NCBI GenBank assembly: GCA_963422365.1
Contig: OY729426.1
Coordinates: 1,344,001 to 1,408,000 of the forward strand
Source of the DNA: Nitrospirales bacterium
GTDB taxonomy: Bacteria; Nitrospirota; Nitrospiria; Nitrospirales; UBA8639
Reading direction: 5' to 3'
DNA length: 64,000 nucleotides
Shown one piece after another: positions 40,347 to 51,485 of the stretch. Under the pieces are notes generated by a model. That model saw nothing but the letters and a program-made list of their open reading frames with translations, did no database searches and was not told the origin of the DNA. Position 1 is the first letter of the stretch. Each line of letters starts with the position of its first letter. Position numbers and translations under genes: made by a program.

Positions 40347-41692
40347 TATCTAAGAGATGGCGTGATAAGGAAAAGTCGGTTAAGCAAGATAAACCAGTCT
40401 CCTTTTCTGCCTTGGGCTCCCCCCCCTTCTGAATCAGGAGGGCCTCAGGCGGCCGTCTGCTCGTAGTTGTTCATGAGTGTTTCTTCCCAATCGTAGTGGC
40501 CTAGCCGGTGGGTCCGGAGTAGAGACTGAGCGTTTCGTCCAAATGCTCGCACACCAGCACCCGACACGTGACTAAGCTAGATCAGAAGGGCTGCGGCTCA
40601 ATCTGGAGTCGCAGCCCGTAGCTGACCGTGGTGTCCGCCGTGACCACGCGGGCTGCCTGTCGAGAAACAATCTTCTCCACGTCCGCCCCATGCAGCGGCA
40701 CGAAGGCCATACCTGCTTGCTGGGGGGACCGTGAACTGCCGATTGTGAAAAGGGATCCACTCCTCCCGCAAAAAGCGGTTGGCCTCTGCCCCCGTGCGAA
40801 TCCCTCGTAGCTGCAGCTCTTGGGGCAGCCGCCCCTGCCACGTGCCAAACAGCCGTTCGCCATGGCCCCGCGACTAGGGCGAGTGGGCCACGAGCAACTC
40901 GACGCCCAACGGGTCTAAGGCTGGGCCCACCTAGGTCCGCTGCGCCCGCTCCGGCGGCCCAGCCGCCTGGGGCGTGAAGACAAAGTGGCTGGCTCGATCC
41001 GTATAAAGCGTACAAAACACCTCCTGGTGCTCCACCACGGCTTTGAGGGCAGCCATCACTGTCGCCGGTGCTCTCCTCGGCCACCAACGGGGCGTAGCAG
41101 CCATCGTTGTCTGCGTCGTTCAGAACCACCAGCAAGTCCTGAGTCCTCCGTCCGGGCAGCCAGGCGTACTTGCTGGCGTCCAGATGGAGCAACATTCCCT
41201 TGAGCGGCCGCCCTCGGCCACCAAGCCTGCGGCTTGCAGTGCCTGCTTCACCCAACTCTAGTTTAACTCAATCCCTTCCTCCCTCTGCAGCTTCTCCACG
41301 AAATGGATCATGTTGAAGACCTTGTATTTGTCCCGGTACAACCCCAGCACCTGCTCCACCGTCGCCCAGGGCACCCGCTTCGGCGAGGATCTTCTTACAC
41401 GCCGATCACCCCCCCTCCAGTCGTAGCCGTGCTCCTCATAGCGACGCACCCACCGCCACATCGTCCCGGGGACTCACCCCGATGATCTCCGCCGCTTGTG
41501 CCCACGTGAGCGGCTTACGGATCACTCGCAACATCACTTCCTGTACTTTCATGGCCAGCTCCATAATGCGGGGCGGATAGAGTGTCATCCCAACCTCCTT
41601 TCTGATTGGGCAAAACGCCTCTCCTACTCCCGTGCCGCTGGACCGGATACTTCACTTGCTACAACCACCGGACACATCACATCCTACTGATA
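40347..41692 (-). mobile_element. Degenerate IS1202/ISNCY-like (IS481-related) insertion sequence, transposase about 40445..41588 fragmented
   Basis: LTWAQAAEIIGVS, RWVRRYEE (HTH), HFVEKL, LLHLDASKYAW, LNDA, AHSP*SRG.GERLFGTWQGRLP. Repeated CCGGA.A..TCAC.T.CTAC end motifs at 41643-41690. The right boundary is approximate. Confidence 0.8.
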
Positions 41693-41764
41693 AAACCCAT
41701 ACACTCGGTTGCGAGCCTTTCCGGTTAGTGCTACCATTTATTTCAGCAAAAGGAGAGCGTGGGT

Positions 41765-42019
41765 ATGGCCAATGTGACGTTATTAGTCTCTTCGACGTGT
41801 TCAGCCTGTCCTTCCGCCAAGAGTCTGTGGAAGCAATTGCGGGTGAAGCACAGTTTCAGTTATCGAGAAATTGATATCAGTACCCCCGATGGTCAGGAAC
41901 TTGCCGACCGGCATTCGGTGCGAGCCGTTCCTGCTACGATTATCAATGGGCGACTCACCTTTGTCGGCGTACCCTCACGGCAAAGCGCCGAAAAAGCGTT
42001 GGGTCAACATCGGGGTTAA
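41765..42019 (+). CDS. Small thioredoxin/glutaredoxin-like protein
   Basis: CSAC, VRAVPATIING. Confidence 0.85.
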   Translation: MANVTLLVSSTCSACPSAKSLWKQLRVKHSFSYREIDISTPDGQELADRHSVRAVPATIINGRLTFVGVPSRQSAEKALGQHRG

Positions 42020-42058
42020 CCTTTAATGCGCTGCCTGCCGGCGTCGTAGGTTCTCCCA

Positions 42059-42244
42059 ATGAGCACTTCCCTTCCGTTTGGGATGGATGAAGAGGATCTG
42101 GATCTTGAGTTTCCGATCCTACCACCTCGACAATCCATCCGCCCGCCCGATTGTCCGTTCTGTGGAGAACCGATGAGCTTTATTGATGCGGAATGGGGTT
42201 GTGCAGATTGTAACGGTGAACAGATCGGTCCTGAAACGGGGTAG
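42059..42244 (+). CDS. Small zinc-ribbon protein
   Basis: CPFC...CADC. Confidence 0.6.
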   Translation: MSTSLPFGMDEEDLDLEFPILPPRQSIRPPDCPFCGEPMSFIDAEWGCADCNGEQIGPETG

Positions 42245-42321
42245 GGCGAAAGAAAATTCGTGCTCCTTTCCGGTGACGCATAGCCCTGAGCATCGCCTCC
42301 TTCTTGTTTCTACCGCCTGCC

Positions 42322-45300
42322 ATGCTTCACGTCGTTACGGGTCTCTTTCATCCTGATCTGGAACAAGCCTTAGCCTCCGACCTTCGCTTGATCACCGTCG
42401 CCCGGCCCGTGGCGCCGTGTCTGATTCTCGTTCCGTCGGAAAGTATACGCACGCACCTCAAATGGAGCTTCTGCATGGAGAAGCTCCAGCCTCTTTTCAA
42501 CGTTCATCTCTTGACGTTTCATCAATTGGCGTTGCGGGTTCTGGAAGAACAGGGCCGTGGGGTCTCAGCCCAGCTCCGAGGCGAGTCCTTTTTTCGAGAA
42601 TGGGTGCATCAACGGTTGCGCCAGCGAGGGGAAAATCTTGTCGGGCTCAACGAACTTGTCTCGATGCCCGGCGGATGGGCAGCGCTCTGGGCCACGCTCA
42701 AAGATCTCAAGGATGCGAGAGTGGACGCCGGTTTGGTGTTGGAAGCGTTCAGCCAAAGTCCGTTCTCAACGGATTGCCGACTGCAGTCGGTCATTCGCTT
42801 GTACCAGGCGTGGTGTGATGACCAAAGCCGCCACTCGTTATATGACCACGACGACGTCGCGGTGTTGGCGCTCGATCTGGTGTCTGCTTCATTGTGGCTT
42901 CGTCAACAGGCTCATGTTTTTTACTATGGATTTTATGATTTGACCCAAGGGCAACTCGATCTCTTTCAAATGATCGTCAGGCAGTACCCCGCCACGCTGT
43001 ATTTTCCGTTACTCGACCAACATCCGGCTTTTCGTTTCGCCCAGCAATTTTTCGATCAACATATCCGCGGCCTCGCGGCGGGCCCGATCGAACGTAAGGT
43101 CGCGGCCGTCAACGCGTCTCCATGTCGAGACTTATTCGATCCTGCCCGAGTGTTCCGGTCACAGGAGCCTGAAAAGTCCGACGTGCCAGACAAGCCGAGC
43201 CGGTTTACAGACGGCATTGAGGTAAGCGGGGCGCAAGGGTTCTGTCGCCTTGTGACGGTCTCCGGCTCGAACGACGAGATCGAAGTGGTGGCGAAAGAGA
43301 TCCTGGCCTTGGCGCATGATCAGCACATTCCTTTTCATGACATCGGTGTGGTGGGGCGGACGTTGGCCGGATATGAAGACATCCTGCCCCGCGTCTTTTC
43401 GGCGCAGGGGATTCCCTTTCAGGCGACCCTGCGTCGGCCCTTGAGCCAGTATCCGTTTCCCCAAGCCGTGCTGCGTCTCCTCACGCTTCGTCTTTCCGAC
43501 TTTGATCGCAACACAACCTTTGACGTGTTGTCTTCCCCGTTCGTGAAGTGGCAGACCTTCTGCCCCGACGTCACGGCCCCGCGTCCTGATGTGTGGGAGC
43601 AGATGAGTCAACAGGTTGGGATCGAAAAAGGTCGGCAGGAGTGGGAGCGATTGGTTCGGTTTTTTGAAACAGGGGTTTCGACGCCGAGCAAGCGAAGACA
43701 AGAAGGGCACACGATTGCCGGCGAAGAAGTCAGGAACCTCTGGCACGTGATGCGTCGATTAACCCGGCTTCTTGATACCTTCCCTGACCAGGCGAGTTGG
43801 GAGGCCTTCACGGATCAAGCCCTGTCTCTGATGGATCTCGTGCTGACGGGTCCGTTGCAGCACCAAGACGCGCACGCGTCCCAAGGAGAGGGCAGCCTTG
43901 ACGTGGAAGAGACAGTCGAATTCTCGCGCATGTATCAAGCGGTGCAGGAGTGCTTTGCAGAGATGCGGACACTCACGAACGTCAGCGGGCCGATTCAGTA
44001 TGCGGAGTTTCTCGCGACGCTCAAGCGGTTCATGGAAGAACGGTTCGCATGGAATCCGTTGCAACCGGAAAAGACGGACGGGGTGCGGGTCGTCGATGCC
44101 ATGGCGGCTAGGGGTCTGTCCTTTCGCTTCTTGTTTGTGATCGGGCTCACGGATCATGTCTTCCCTCGACATATTCGAGAGGACGGATTTTTCCGAGATT
44201 CGGCGCGACGGTTTCTGGACATGCACCTGGGGTTCAAAATTCAGGAAAAGACCAGAGGGTATGATGAGGAAAAGTTATTGTTCTATCTGTTGATGCACGC
44301 GGTGCGGGAGCGGGTCGTGCTGGTCTCGCAACGGTCGGACGAGGAGGGCCGGACGACCATCCCTTCCTGGTATCTGCAGGAAGTGGAACGCTGCATGCCG
44401 GGTCTTGCTTCGGTGGAAGTGCCCAGATCCCTTCTTCATAAACCCCAAGTGGCGTTGTACGCCGATGAGTCGCGATGGACGCCGCGCGAGCGGCTCATAC
44501 GACACGTGCTGCGTCGCCATAGGCCGACTCAGGCAACCGAAGGGGACCCGGTGTGGTGGCAGATGGTGAAACAGGGGCTTGCGGCACTCCGTGTTCAGGA
44601 GAGCGAACGGCCGCAACTGAATGCCTACGACGGCATCACCGGGCCCCTGGCCGAATATGGGAAGTTTCTGGCCGTTCATGGTCTGTCGCCGACCAGCCTT
44701 GAATGCTATGCGGTCTGTCCCTTTCGATATTTCGCACAGGCCGTCCTGGATCTCCACGTGCCGAGGGCAACGCCCTTGAGTCAGGGCGTGAGCGCATTTG
44801 AGTTGGGCACGCTGCTTCATAGGATTTTAAAAGAATGGTATGGCCGGTTAGGGCAAAGCGGGTGGTTTGCGCATGCGGCGCCGTCCGATTTCAAGCCCTT
44901 GGAAATCATGGAGCAAATCGCAGAGTCCGTTTTTCGGGATTTCGAACAGCAGCACGCGGTCGGGCCTGCGTTGTTGTGGAAAATGCAGCAAGAACGCCTC
45001 ATGGGCATTCTTGAACGGATCCTGCAACAGGACAGGCAGGAGATGGGGCACGAATGGCGCCCGGTCTTGTTTGAAATCCCTTTGAACGGGGAGATGCCGG
45101 TAAAGGGGGCCAAGAGTGCGACGTTGTTCCCCATTGCCGGTCGACTTGATCGAGTGGATTGGTCGCCTTCCACCCACCGGTATCGTATCATCGATTATAA
45201 ATATACGGCGCGGACCACCGGACTCATGACGGAAAAAAGCTTAGCCAAGGATGTTGTGCAAGGGACCCGCCTGCAACCATGGATCTACATGGAATTGGCC

Positions 45301-45744
45301 AAGCAAGGCGTCCCGCAGCAGTTGCCGGAAGGGCCGAGGCCGGACATCGAGACAAGTGACTGTGAAGGCGTGTGGTTGTATGTCGTGGCCCCTCGGGCGC
45401 TCCCTGAGGACCAAGGCTTTGCGCCTGTGGCCTTTTCAGCAAACATGCGGGATAGCGTCACCCCGCAACTGGAGACGATGATGACGACGATTGTCCAAGG
45501 GATTCAGCAAGGAAAGTTTTTCATCGTTCCTGGTCAACATTGCAAATGGTGTCACGTGCGGTCGGTGTGCCACCGCACCCATCCGGAAAGCGCCCGTCGT
45601 GCGCGCGAGGATCGCGCACAGACCTCCGCGCATCGAAATCTGCGCCGCCAGCAGCCTCCATCGTCCCTCGCGACTTCCAATCCGGACTCTGACTCAGAAG
45701 GGCGGCAAGGTCATGAAAGCGAAGATGACGGATCATCTCCCTGA
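42322..45744 (+). CDS. addB: AddB/RexB-like recombination nuclease subunit
   Basis: Inactive helicase-like N-terminus, SPTSLECYAVCP, GRLDRVD...IIDYK, C-terminal CKWC.....C Fe-S staple. Confidence 0.85.
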   Translation: MLHVVTGLFHPDLEQALASDLRLITVARPVAPCLILVPSESIRTHLKWSFCMEKLQPLFNVHLLTFHQLALRVLEEQGRGVSAQLRGESFFREWVHQRLRQRGENLVGLNELVSMPGGWAALWATLKDLKDARVDAGLVLEAFSQSPFSTDCRLQSVIRLYQAWCDDQSRHSLYDHDDVAVLALDLVSASLWLRQQAHVFYYGFYDLTQGQLDLFQMIVRQYPATLYFPLLDQHPAFRFAQQFFDQHIRGLAAGPIERKVAAVNASPCRDLFDPARVFRSQEPEKSDVPDKPSRFTDGIEVSGAQGFCRLVTVSGSNDEIEVVAKEILALAHDQHIPFHDIGVVGRTLAGYEDILPRVFSAQGIPFQATLRRPLSQYPFPQAVLRLLTLRLSDFDRNTTFDVLSSPFVKWQTFCPDVTAPRPDVWEQMSQQVGIEKGRQEWERLVRFFETGVSTPSKRRQEGHTIAGEEVRNLWHVMRRLTRLLDTFPDQASWEAFTDQALSLMDLVLTGPLQHQDAHASQGEGSLDVEETVEFSRMYQAVQECFAEMRTLTNVSGPIQYAEFLATLKRFMEERFAWNPLQPEKTDGVRVVDAMAARGLSFRFLFVIGLTDHVFPRHIREDGFFRDSARRFLDMHLGFKIQEKTRGYDEEKLLFYLLMHAVRERVVLVSQRSDEEGRTTIPSWYLQEVERCMPGLASVEVPRSLLHKPQVALYADESRWTPRERLIRHVLRRHRPTQATEGDPVWWQMVKQGLAALRVQESERPQLNAYDGITGPLAEYGKFLAVHGLSPTSLECYAVCPFRYFAQAVLDLHVPRATPLSQGVSAFELGTLLHRILKEWYGRLGQSGWFAHAAPSDFKPLEIMEQIAESVFRDFEQQHAVGPALLWKMQQERLMGILERILQQDRQEMGHEWRPVLFEIPLNGEMPVKGAKSATLFPIAGRLDRVDWSPSTHRYRIIDYKYTARTTGLMTEKSLAKDVVQGTRLQPWIYMELAKQGVPQQLPEGPRPDIETSDCEGVWLYVVAPRALPEDQGFAPVAFSANMRDSVTPQLETMMTTIVQGIQQGKFFIVPGQHCKWCHVRSVCHRTHPESARRAREDRAQTSAHRNLRRQQPPSSLATSNPDSDSEGRQGHESEDDGSSP

Positions 45745-48700
45745 TAGCCACGCGCGTCATTGTGCAGTCACGGCTTCGGAGACGAATGTCGTGGTCACGG
45801 CGGGGGCTGGCACGGGCAAGACGTCGCTGCTCATTGATCGCATCCTCCATGTTCTGACCCGCCGCCGCCACCGACTGTCCTTGACGCAAATCGTCGCGGT
45901 CACCTTTACCAACAAGGCAGCCAGTGAACTGAAGCTGCGGGTGCGGCATCGGTTGCGGCTTATGAAGGATCTGGCCTCGGGTGCCTATGCCGAGGATCAA
46001 TCCCACGGTTACGCGATCCAGTCGATTCGGACGCTGCAGGAATCTTCCGGTCTCACCGACGCGGAGTTGGCGGAGGTCAGCGACACGGCGATGCGTGATC
46101 TGGAACGGGCACATATTGAAACCATTCATGGTTTTGCAGGCCATCTCTTGCGGCTCTATCCCGTGGAAGCCGGTGTCGATCCCTCGTTTCAGGAAGATGA
46201 CGGTGCGCAATTTCACGAGCATTTCAAGCGCGAGTGGGAACAGTGGGTGCAGCAGGAATTGGATGCTGGCGGACGACGGCATGACGTCTGGTGGCAGATG
46301 CTGACGCGCCATAGCTTGGATGACATGGAGCAACTCGCGCTGGCGTTGACGGACGAATTACTCCCATTACCCGTGAACGGAATTCGTACCTCGCAACAGG
46401 AGATCACGCCGCCCCTCAGATCGTGGGTGACGAAACTAGACGGACGCGGACGCACGTTGCAGGAAACGTATCAAGGCACGCTGAAGATCAATCGCATGCT
46501 CGATGACGCCGTGGCGCTGTTGGCAAGCCTGTCCACGGAAAAAACGCCGCGGGCAGAAGCAACGGATGAGAGTCCTCCTGCCACAATGCTTCAACAAACC
46601 CTTCCCGCGAAGAAGCCGAAGGGCTGGATTGAGGAAGACTATGAAGAAGCCAAGGGGCTGATCAAGGTGGCCCGGGCGATTGAACAGTCGCGTGCGGGGT
46701 CGTTATGGGACATTGTGCATCTCCTTGCCCCGTTTGTCGCGCAGTGCCGCAACTCGTTCGTGGAGAAAGGGCTGGTGTCGTTTAACGGCTTGCTCGCGCG
46801 GGCGCGGGCGCTGCTTCGAGACCATCCGCAGGTACGCGCCGAATTGAAGGCCCAGTATCAGGCGATCATCGTGGATGAATTTCAGGACACCGATCCGGTT
46901 CAATACGAGTTGATTCTGTTTGTAGCCGAGGCCTTGGGCGCCGAAGCGCGGGAATGGCGTGACGTGCAACTAGCGCCGGGGAAATTGTTTATCGTGGGCG
47001 ATCCCAAGCAATCTATTTACGCGTTTCGGCGTGCGGACATCGAAGCCTACGATACCGTCGTGCGGAACCATATTCTGTCGCCCACGGCCCAAGGGGAGCG
47101 GCATTCCTTGCAAAGCAACTTTCGAGCCCATGCCCGAGTGCTCGATCCGGTGAACCGCTGTTGCGCCAATTTGTTTCCTTCCGCTTCCGTCAAAGGAGTG
47201 CAACCGCATTACGAACATCTCGTTCCCGTTCCATCGGACTCGTCGCCCTTGCCCCACGAACGGGTGCAACTTCGCCTCGTTGCCCTTGCGCAGGAGGACG
47301 CAGATGCGGAAACGGCCAGTCGGACGGAGGCGGAAGGCTTGGCGCGTTGGTTGCGGGAGGAGGTCATAGACAAAGAGCAGCTTCTTCTGGGGCGTCGCGC
47401 CGTGACGATCCAGCCGCGCCATATTGCAGTACTGTTTCGGACGTTGACCCATCAGCGAATCTGCCTTGAAGCCTTTCGGCGGCACCACCTGCCTTGCCTC
47501 GCCGAAGGGGAAAAACACTTTTATGAACGGCAGGAGGTGATTGATTGCAGCCACGTGCTGCGAGTCCTGACGGATCCTCGTGATGAGTTGGGCGTGGTTG
47601 GGGTGTTGCGGTCTCCATACGGGGGCTGTTCCGACGTTGAGATTGAATTGATCGTGCAACGAGGCTTCCTGGATAATTGGGCGCACGAGTCGCCCCTCAA
47701 GCACCCGCCGCCGATTTTTTCCGTCCTGCGTTCATTGCACATGGAGATACAAATGCTGCCGGTTCCCGAGGCCATCCAGCGCATTTTCCAAACACTGCCC
47801 CTGGCGGAACTGGCAGCGGCTTCCCTCGACGGCGAACATGCACTCGCAAACGTGCTCAAACTACGGGACACTATGCTCGAACTGGCCGTGCGGTCCGGAT
47901 TGACGCTTCGAGAAATCATTCGCCAAGTGAGGCAATGGGTGGACGATCCGCCCGAAGAAGGGGAACGGGCCCTTGTCGAAGAAGGGCTTACTCCACAGGC
48001 CCCGGAAGGAGCGATTCGATTGTTGAGCATCCACAAGGCCAAAGGGTTGGAATTTCCCATGGTGATCGTGGCGGGCTTGCATCGGGATACCGATCATCGA
48101 GGAACGCCGGTTTGGACGTCCCACGATTGGCTGACCGACACCGTCGGACTTCGTCTTGGCCACGCAGCCGATCTCGGAGGAATTTTCATCGAAACGAAAT
48201 TAGCCGAACGACAACGAGCCGAACAGGTGCGGTTGCTCTATGTTGCCATGACCCGTGCACAACGTCGTCTCGTGTTGTCGGCGGTGCTTCCCGGAAAAGG
48301 GGCGAACAAAAAGGGAACGTTCCTGTCGTTACTCGCGCGAGGGTTGGATCTTGATTTGGCGGCAATGCTTGAGGCGGCCAAAGAACAATCCCCACATGAT
48401 CATCTTGCTGAAGACGTGGCCGTGACGACGATTGTCGTATCGGCTGATCAGCCGACGAGGAAGGATTGGCCCGCCCAACCCGTGTGGAAAGCGACCATGC
48501 CGGACGGTGCGGATCACCAACGCCGTTGGGTTGCCTGGATGAAGCAGATGGAAATGGTGCAGAGGACACCGCTGTTTCTTTCCCCGACCCAGTCCCTGAA
48601 CACGACAGGCGATCCCCTGTCGTTGTCCACGAACCCTGCAGCCGGAGAGAAGTCCATAATCCTTCTGAGGAAGAAACCGGCGTCGCAGTCGGGACCATCA

Positions 48701-49234
48701 GATCGAAGCGCGCTCATAGGGACGCTCGCCCATCGTGTCTTGCACGGGTGGGATTTTTCTGCTGCTCCGGACACGGTGCCGGTGTGGCCGGCGTGGATTG
48801 AAGCCTGCTGTCGGGCACACCTTCCCAAGGAATGGGCCTCGGAGTCGGACAATGTGTATGAAGAATTGCGAGCACTCTTCACGCATTTTGTCGCGTCCGA
48901 ACCGTATGCCGTGCTTCAACAGGCAGAAATTCTGGGCAGAGAAATTCCGTTTGCTGTGCCATGGAAGAGTGTAGGGGAAGACGCCGTGCGGACCCTGACC
49001 GGACCCTCCTGTGTGATGGAAGGGGTGATCGATGTCATGTATCGTTGGCGTCAACAAATTTGGATTGCTGACTATAAGACGCATCGGGTAGAAGAAAACT
49101 CCCTGGCACAGGTGGTGCATGAGCACCGGGCACAGATGGAGACCTATCGTCGAGCAACGGAACTGGCCTTGGGGCAGAGTCCTGTCCGAGCACAACTCGT
49201 ATTTTTACGGAGTGGACGCAGCGTCGAGGTTTAA
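45713..49234 (+). CDS. addA: AddA/RexA-like UvrD helicase-nuclease
   Basis: AGAGTGKT, VDEFQDT, GDPKQSIYAFR, HKAKGLEF, YVAMTRA, EGVID...ADYK. Confidence 0.9.
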   Translation: MKAKMTDHLPDSHARHCAVTASETNVVVTAGAGTGKTSLLIDRILHVLTRRRHRLSLTQIVAVTFTNKAASELKLRVRHRLRLMKDLASGAYAEDQSHGYAIQSIRTLQESSGLTDAELAEVSDTAMRDLERAHIETIHGFAGHLLRLYPVEAGVDPSFQEDDGAQFHEHFKREWEQWVQQELDAGGRRHDVWWQMLTRHSLDDMEQLALALTDELLPLPVNGIRTSQQEITPPLRSWVTKLDGRGRTLQETYQGTLKINRMLDDAVALLASLSTEKTPRAEATDESPPATMLQQTLPAKKPKGWIEEDYEEAKGLIKVARAIEQSRAGSLWDIVHLLAPFVAQCRNSFVEKGLVSFNGLLARARALLRDHPQVRAELKAQYQAIIVDEFQDTDPVQYELILFVAEALGAEAREWRDVQLAPGKLFIVGDPKQSIYAFRRADIEAYDTVVRNHILSPTAQGERHSLQSNFRAHARVLDPVNRCCANLFPSASVKGVQPHYEHLVPVPSDSSPLPHERVQLRLVALAQEDADAETASRTEAEGLARWLREEVIDKEQLLLGRRAVTIQPRHIAVLFRTLTHQRICLEAFRRHHLPCLAEGEKHFYERQEVIDCSHVLRVLTDPRDELGVVGVLRSPYGGCSDVEIELIVQRGFLDNWAHESPLKHPPPIFSVLRSLHMEIQMLPVPEAIQRIFQTLPLAELAAASLDGEHALANVLKLRDTMLELAVRSGLTLREIIRQVRQWVDDPPEEGERALVEEGLTPQAPEGAIRLLSIHKAKGLEFPMVIVAGLHRDTDHRGTPVWTSHDWLTDTVGLRLGHAADLGGIFIETKLAERQRAEQVRLLYVAMTRAQRRLVLSAVLPGKGANKKGTFLSLLARGLDLDLAAMLEAAKEQSPHDHLAEDVAVTTIVVSADQPTRKDWPAQPVWKATMPDGADHQRRWVAWMKQMEMVQRTPLFLSPTQSLNTTGDPLSLSTNPAAGEKSIILLRKKPASQSGPSDRSALIGTLAHRVLHGWDFSAAPDTVPVWPAWIEACCRAHLPKEWASESDNVYEELRALFTHFVASEPYAVLQQAEILGREIPFAVPWKSVGEDAVRTLTGPSCVMEGVIDVMYRWRQQIWIADYKTHRVEENSLAQVVHEHRAQMETYRRATELALGQSPVRAQLVFLRSGRSVEV

Positions 49235-49292
49235 GTAGGATAGGCAACGCCGGTTTGCCGAAACGGCTTTCTGTCATGCGGGGTTTTTATGT

Positions 49293-49318
49293 GTCATGCT
49301 GAGCGCAGCGAAGAATCT
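49293..49318. repeat. REP-like half element
   Basis: GTCATGCTGAGCGCAGCGAAGAATCT. Confidence 0.45.
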
Positions 49319-49602
49319 GTAGGGCCGCATCCCTGTTCGGGACAGGGACTGCCTCATGCTTACGCAACGAGTGTGTAGGGCGGCATTTGATGCCGCCTGG
49401 AAGAAAGTGTCATGAGATGGCGCAACGACAAATACAGAGGAGAGAACAGAAAGCGCCATGAGCCTGCCCACGACGCCCTGATCGGGGGGCTTGGACTCGA
49501 TATTTGTCATCGGGGGACGCCGCCCTACAACAAGTTGTGCAGGATGACAGCCGTACGACCTAGAACAGGCCTGTTCAAACACGTGAGGAAAGGAGAACGT
49601 TC

Positions 49603-50085
49603 ATGCCACTGAGTAGTTGGAAAATAGGATGCCTGATATGCAGTCTTGCAGTCATCGGAGCCTGTAGTAGTAGTCCGGAGAAAGCGAGAGTGCTGACCCT
49701 GAATGCTCCGGGTGGGAGCAAGCCCCAGGCGTTGTTGGCTATGAAAGCAGGCAACCAGGCCTTTGCCGCCGGACAGTGGGCGAGCGCCAAGCAGCAGTAC
49801 GAAAAAGCCGTCCTTGTCGAGAAGACCTTAGCAGAAGCGCATTACAATCTGGCGTTAACTTTGGATCGATTGGGAAACCGAGAGGAAGCCGAGGCGCACT
49901 ATACGCAAGCCGCAAATTTCGCTCCCGGGCATCCAGTCATTTGGAATTCACGGATCTACCGCCGGTATGGTGATGTCGCGACACCGCAGGGTGGCTCTTC
50001 CCTACCAGGAGGAATACCGGGACTTGGAGGCCTCGGGGGACTTGGTGGCGGCAGTCCTTCCGGTGCACCACCGGGCGGCTATTAA
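49603..50085 (+). CDS. TPR lipoprotein
   Basis: Lipobox IGAC, TPR AEAHYNLALTL, Gly-rich tail. Confidence 0.8.
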   Translation: MPLSSWKIGCLICSLAVIGACSSSPEKARVLTLNAPGGSKPQALLAMKAGNQAFAAGQWASAKQQYEKAVLVEKTLAEAHYNLALTLDRLGNREEAEAHYTQAANFAPGHPVIWNSRIYRRYGDVATPQGGSSLPGGIPGLGGLGGLGGGSPSGAPPGGY

Positions 50086-50206
50086 CCGGCTTATGTGGCT
50101 GAGAAAAGGTGCGAGCAGGCATGGTGCCTGCTTCCCCTTCCTTTGTAAGGAGTGGCCAGGGGAGGTAGATCTCCATCTTCACGCATGCTTCCCCGCCTTC
50201 CCTTCC

Positions 50207-51073
50207 CTATGCGCCTTCCCTGTTTGAAGGCGTTTTGTAGCCCGCCAGGAGCATTGTGAGCCCGAGGACGATCATGGGAAAGCTCAAGAGTTGCCCCATG
50301 GTCAGGGAACCCAACACGAACCCGAGATGCGCGTCCGGTTCTCGAAACAATTCAGCGAAGCTGCGAAAAATGCCGTACCCGGCGATAAAACTCCAAAAGA
50401 CCGTGCCGGGTGGCCTGACCTTCCTTCCCAGGAACCAGAGGACACCGAACAAGACCACCCCTTCGAGCGCTGCTTCGTATAATTGCGAGGGATGGCGACA
50501 GGCCGCTCCACCCCTTGGGAAGACCATGCACCATCCGACATCCGTGGGACGTCCGTATAACTCCCCGTTGATAAAATTCCCCAAGCGCCCCAAGCCTAAC
50601 CCGATCGGAACGGCTTGCGTCGCCAGATCCGCAATCGTGTACACTGCGAATCCCTTTTTATAACAGAACAGCCAAATCGCGAAACACGTGCCGAGTAATC
50701 CGCCATGGAAGGACATCCCGCCTTCCCACACGGCCAAAATTTTCCCAGGGTGCTGCAGATAGTAGTCCGTATTGTAAAAGAGGGTATAGCCCAACCGTCC
50801 GCCGAGAAACACGCCAAAGGCGGCATACACAATCAAATCGGACAACTGAACGGTGTGTAACGGGATGTTTCGCGCGGCGGCCCGATGCTTGATCAGAAAA
50901 TAAGCCGTCAGTAGGCCCAGCAAATACATCAGCCCGTACCAACGAAATTGCAGAGGCCCCAACCGAAAAAAGGCCGGATCGATCTCAGGGAAAGAGAGGG
51001 CCGCCCACAATGGAGGGATGAAAGAGTTCAAAACAAATATCCAGTCGAAAATCCAGACGACAGCTCTGACCAC
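50207..51073 (-). CDS. lgt: Prolipoprotein diacylglyceryl transferase (start uncertain)
   Basis: RWYGLMY, GGRLGY, GGMSFHGG, GRLGNFINGEL, HPSQLYEA. Confidence 0.97.
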   Translation of the reverse strand: MVRAVVWIFDWIFVLNSFIPPLWAALSFPEIDPAFFRLGPLQFRWYGLMYLLGLLTAYFLIKHRAAARNIPLHTVQLSDLIVYAAFGVFLGGRLGYTLFYNTDYYLQHPGKILAVWEGGMSFHGGLLGTCFAIWLFCYKKGFAVYTIADLATQAVPIGLGLGRLGNFINGELYGRPTDVGWCMVFPRGGAACRHPSQLYEAALEGVVLFGVLWFLGRKVRPPGTVFWSFIAGYGIFRSFAELFREPDAHLGFVLGSLTMGQLLSFPMIVLGLTMLLAGYKTPSNREGA

Positions 51074-51218
51074 GGCAAATGAGACAATGTGCGAAGCGTG
51101 AGTGCATCCTAGGGAGGCGTCGTTGGTTTTTCAAGGGAGGCCCGTTGTCATGCTGTCGCCGTAGGCGAAGAATTATTCCCCCGGTCAGGGACGAGGGCAG
51201 GCCGTATATAGCCTGCCC

Positions 51219-51316
51219 GTGTCATTCCCGCGGTTTTTAGCGGGAATCCAGGCCCCTTCCCCTGGAGAGAGCGGGTGGAAGAGATGGATCCCCGCTTACC
51301 CCTGCGGGGATGACAC
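51219..51316. repeat. Inverted pair of REP-like palindromes
   Basis: GTGTCATTCCCGC..GCGGGAATCCA ... TGGATCCCCGC..GCGGGGATGACAC. Confidence 0.8.
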
Positions 51317-51485
51317 GAAGAGGGCTTGGTCCCGACGTCTGTCATCGGAAGACGCTGTCCCACAAGACTGGTGTGTTGTGCGGGCGAGCAGTCTTTCCCA
51401 AAACTTGCCTCTCTGGTGTGTGACGGAGTAGAGTTTGCGCTAACAATCCTGTTGCGACTGGATACGGAACGGAAAGGATCGAGAG

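Noticed and set aside
42322..49234. Helicase-nuclease pair as part of the Argonaute system
   Set aside because: It is a typical intact AddAB pair on the opposite strand, separated from the pAgo by the IS and two small genes.
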